DNA of 64,000 nt from Gammaproteobacteria bacterium (GTDB taxonomy: Bacteria; Pseudomonadota; Gammaproteobacteria; GCA-001735895): assembly GCA_024763505.1 (NCBI GenBank), contig JANTFI010000002.1, positions 9,990-73,989 of the forward strand, given 5' to 3'. Numbering within the stretch: position 1 is the stretch's first letter; each line of letters starts with the position of its first letter. The translations under genes and the position numbers were made by a program. The notes under the pieces are model-generated. The model saw only the letters and a program-made list of their open reading frames with translations, did no database searches and was not told the DNA's origin. Positions 63,710 through 64,000 of this stretch are shown here, in pieces.

Positions 63710-64000
63710 ATCTTTTTATGATGGTTGCAAGATTAGCCCAGTCGAAACCGGGACCCGGGTCGGTTTTGCGCCCCGGCGCGATATCGCTGTGTCCACACAA
63801 CGCCGGTTCGGAGATGGCAGGATACTGTTTCCTCAAGGCGATTACCAGTTGCGCCAACGCCTGGTATTGAGCAGGTTCGAAAGTATCTTCGTCGCAGCCT
63901 TCCAGTTCGATACCGATGGAGAAATCATTGCAGTTTTCGCGATCCAACCAGCACGAAACTCCGGCATGCCAGGCACGATCATCGAATGAAACGAACTGGC
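63696..64000 (-). CDS. ampD: 1,6-anhydro-N-acetylmuramyl-L-alanine amidase, 3' part (starts beyond the window)
   Basis: QFVSFDDRAWHAG, CNDFSIGIELEG, GHSDIAPGRKTDPG. Confidence 0.96.
   Translation of the reverse strand, partial: QFVSFDDRAWHAGVSCWLDRENCNDFSIGIELEGCDEDTFEPAQYQALAQLVIALRKQYPAISEPALCGHSDIAPGRKTDPGPGFDWANLATIIKRYDLS

Overview
Core chromosomal segment of a gammaproteobacterium, probably a sulfur oxidiser (dsrL-like gene; flavocytochrome c sulfide dehydrogenase-like pair). No rRNA, tRNA, CRISPR array, prophage or IS element was seen. Conserved blocks: rpoE-rseABC-degP-lepA-lepB-rnc-era-recO-pdxJ-acpS (minus strand) divergent from nadB; yjbQ, stand-alone dsrL and a Zn-type adk; nhaA; Fe3+ ABC transporter fbpABC with a Fur box; glnE-ilvE; an RND pump pair; fccAB-like genes; groESL (CIRCE plus sigma32/sigma70 promoters); fxsA; cutA-dsbD-tlpA-aroQ-accBC-prmA-dusB-fis-purHD; an OmpR-family two-component module; a CPA2 antiporter; yadGH, tatD, MOSC, ate; a PEP-CTERM gene with a sigma54 promoter; ampDE. 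Best leads: (1) two tandem NrdR boxes sit ahead of a 69-aa protein resembling an isolated NrdR Zn-ribbon without the Arg patch, followed by an unannotated 44-aa membrane peptide, with no ribonucleotide reductase gene nearby; (2) an orphan DsrL with a DsrL-1-type body but the NADP(H)-type YRR motif, next to an atypical adk; (3) a hidden 57-codon leader ORF with competing hairpins directly before nhaA; (4) an RND transporter with a histone-H1-like tail whose low-complexity coding pattern continues in frame past its TAG stop. All calls come from reading motifs by eye; no database search was run.
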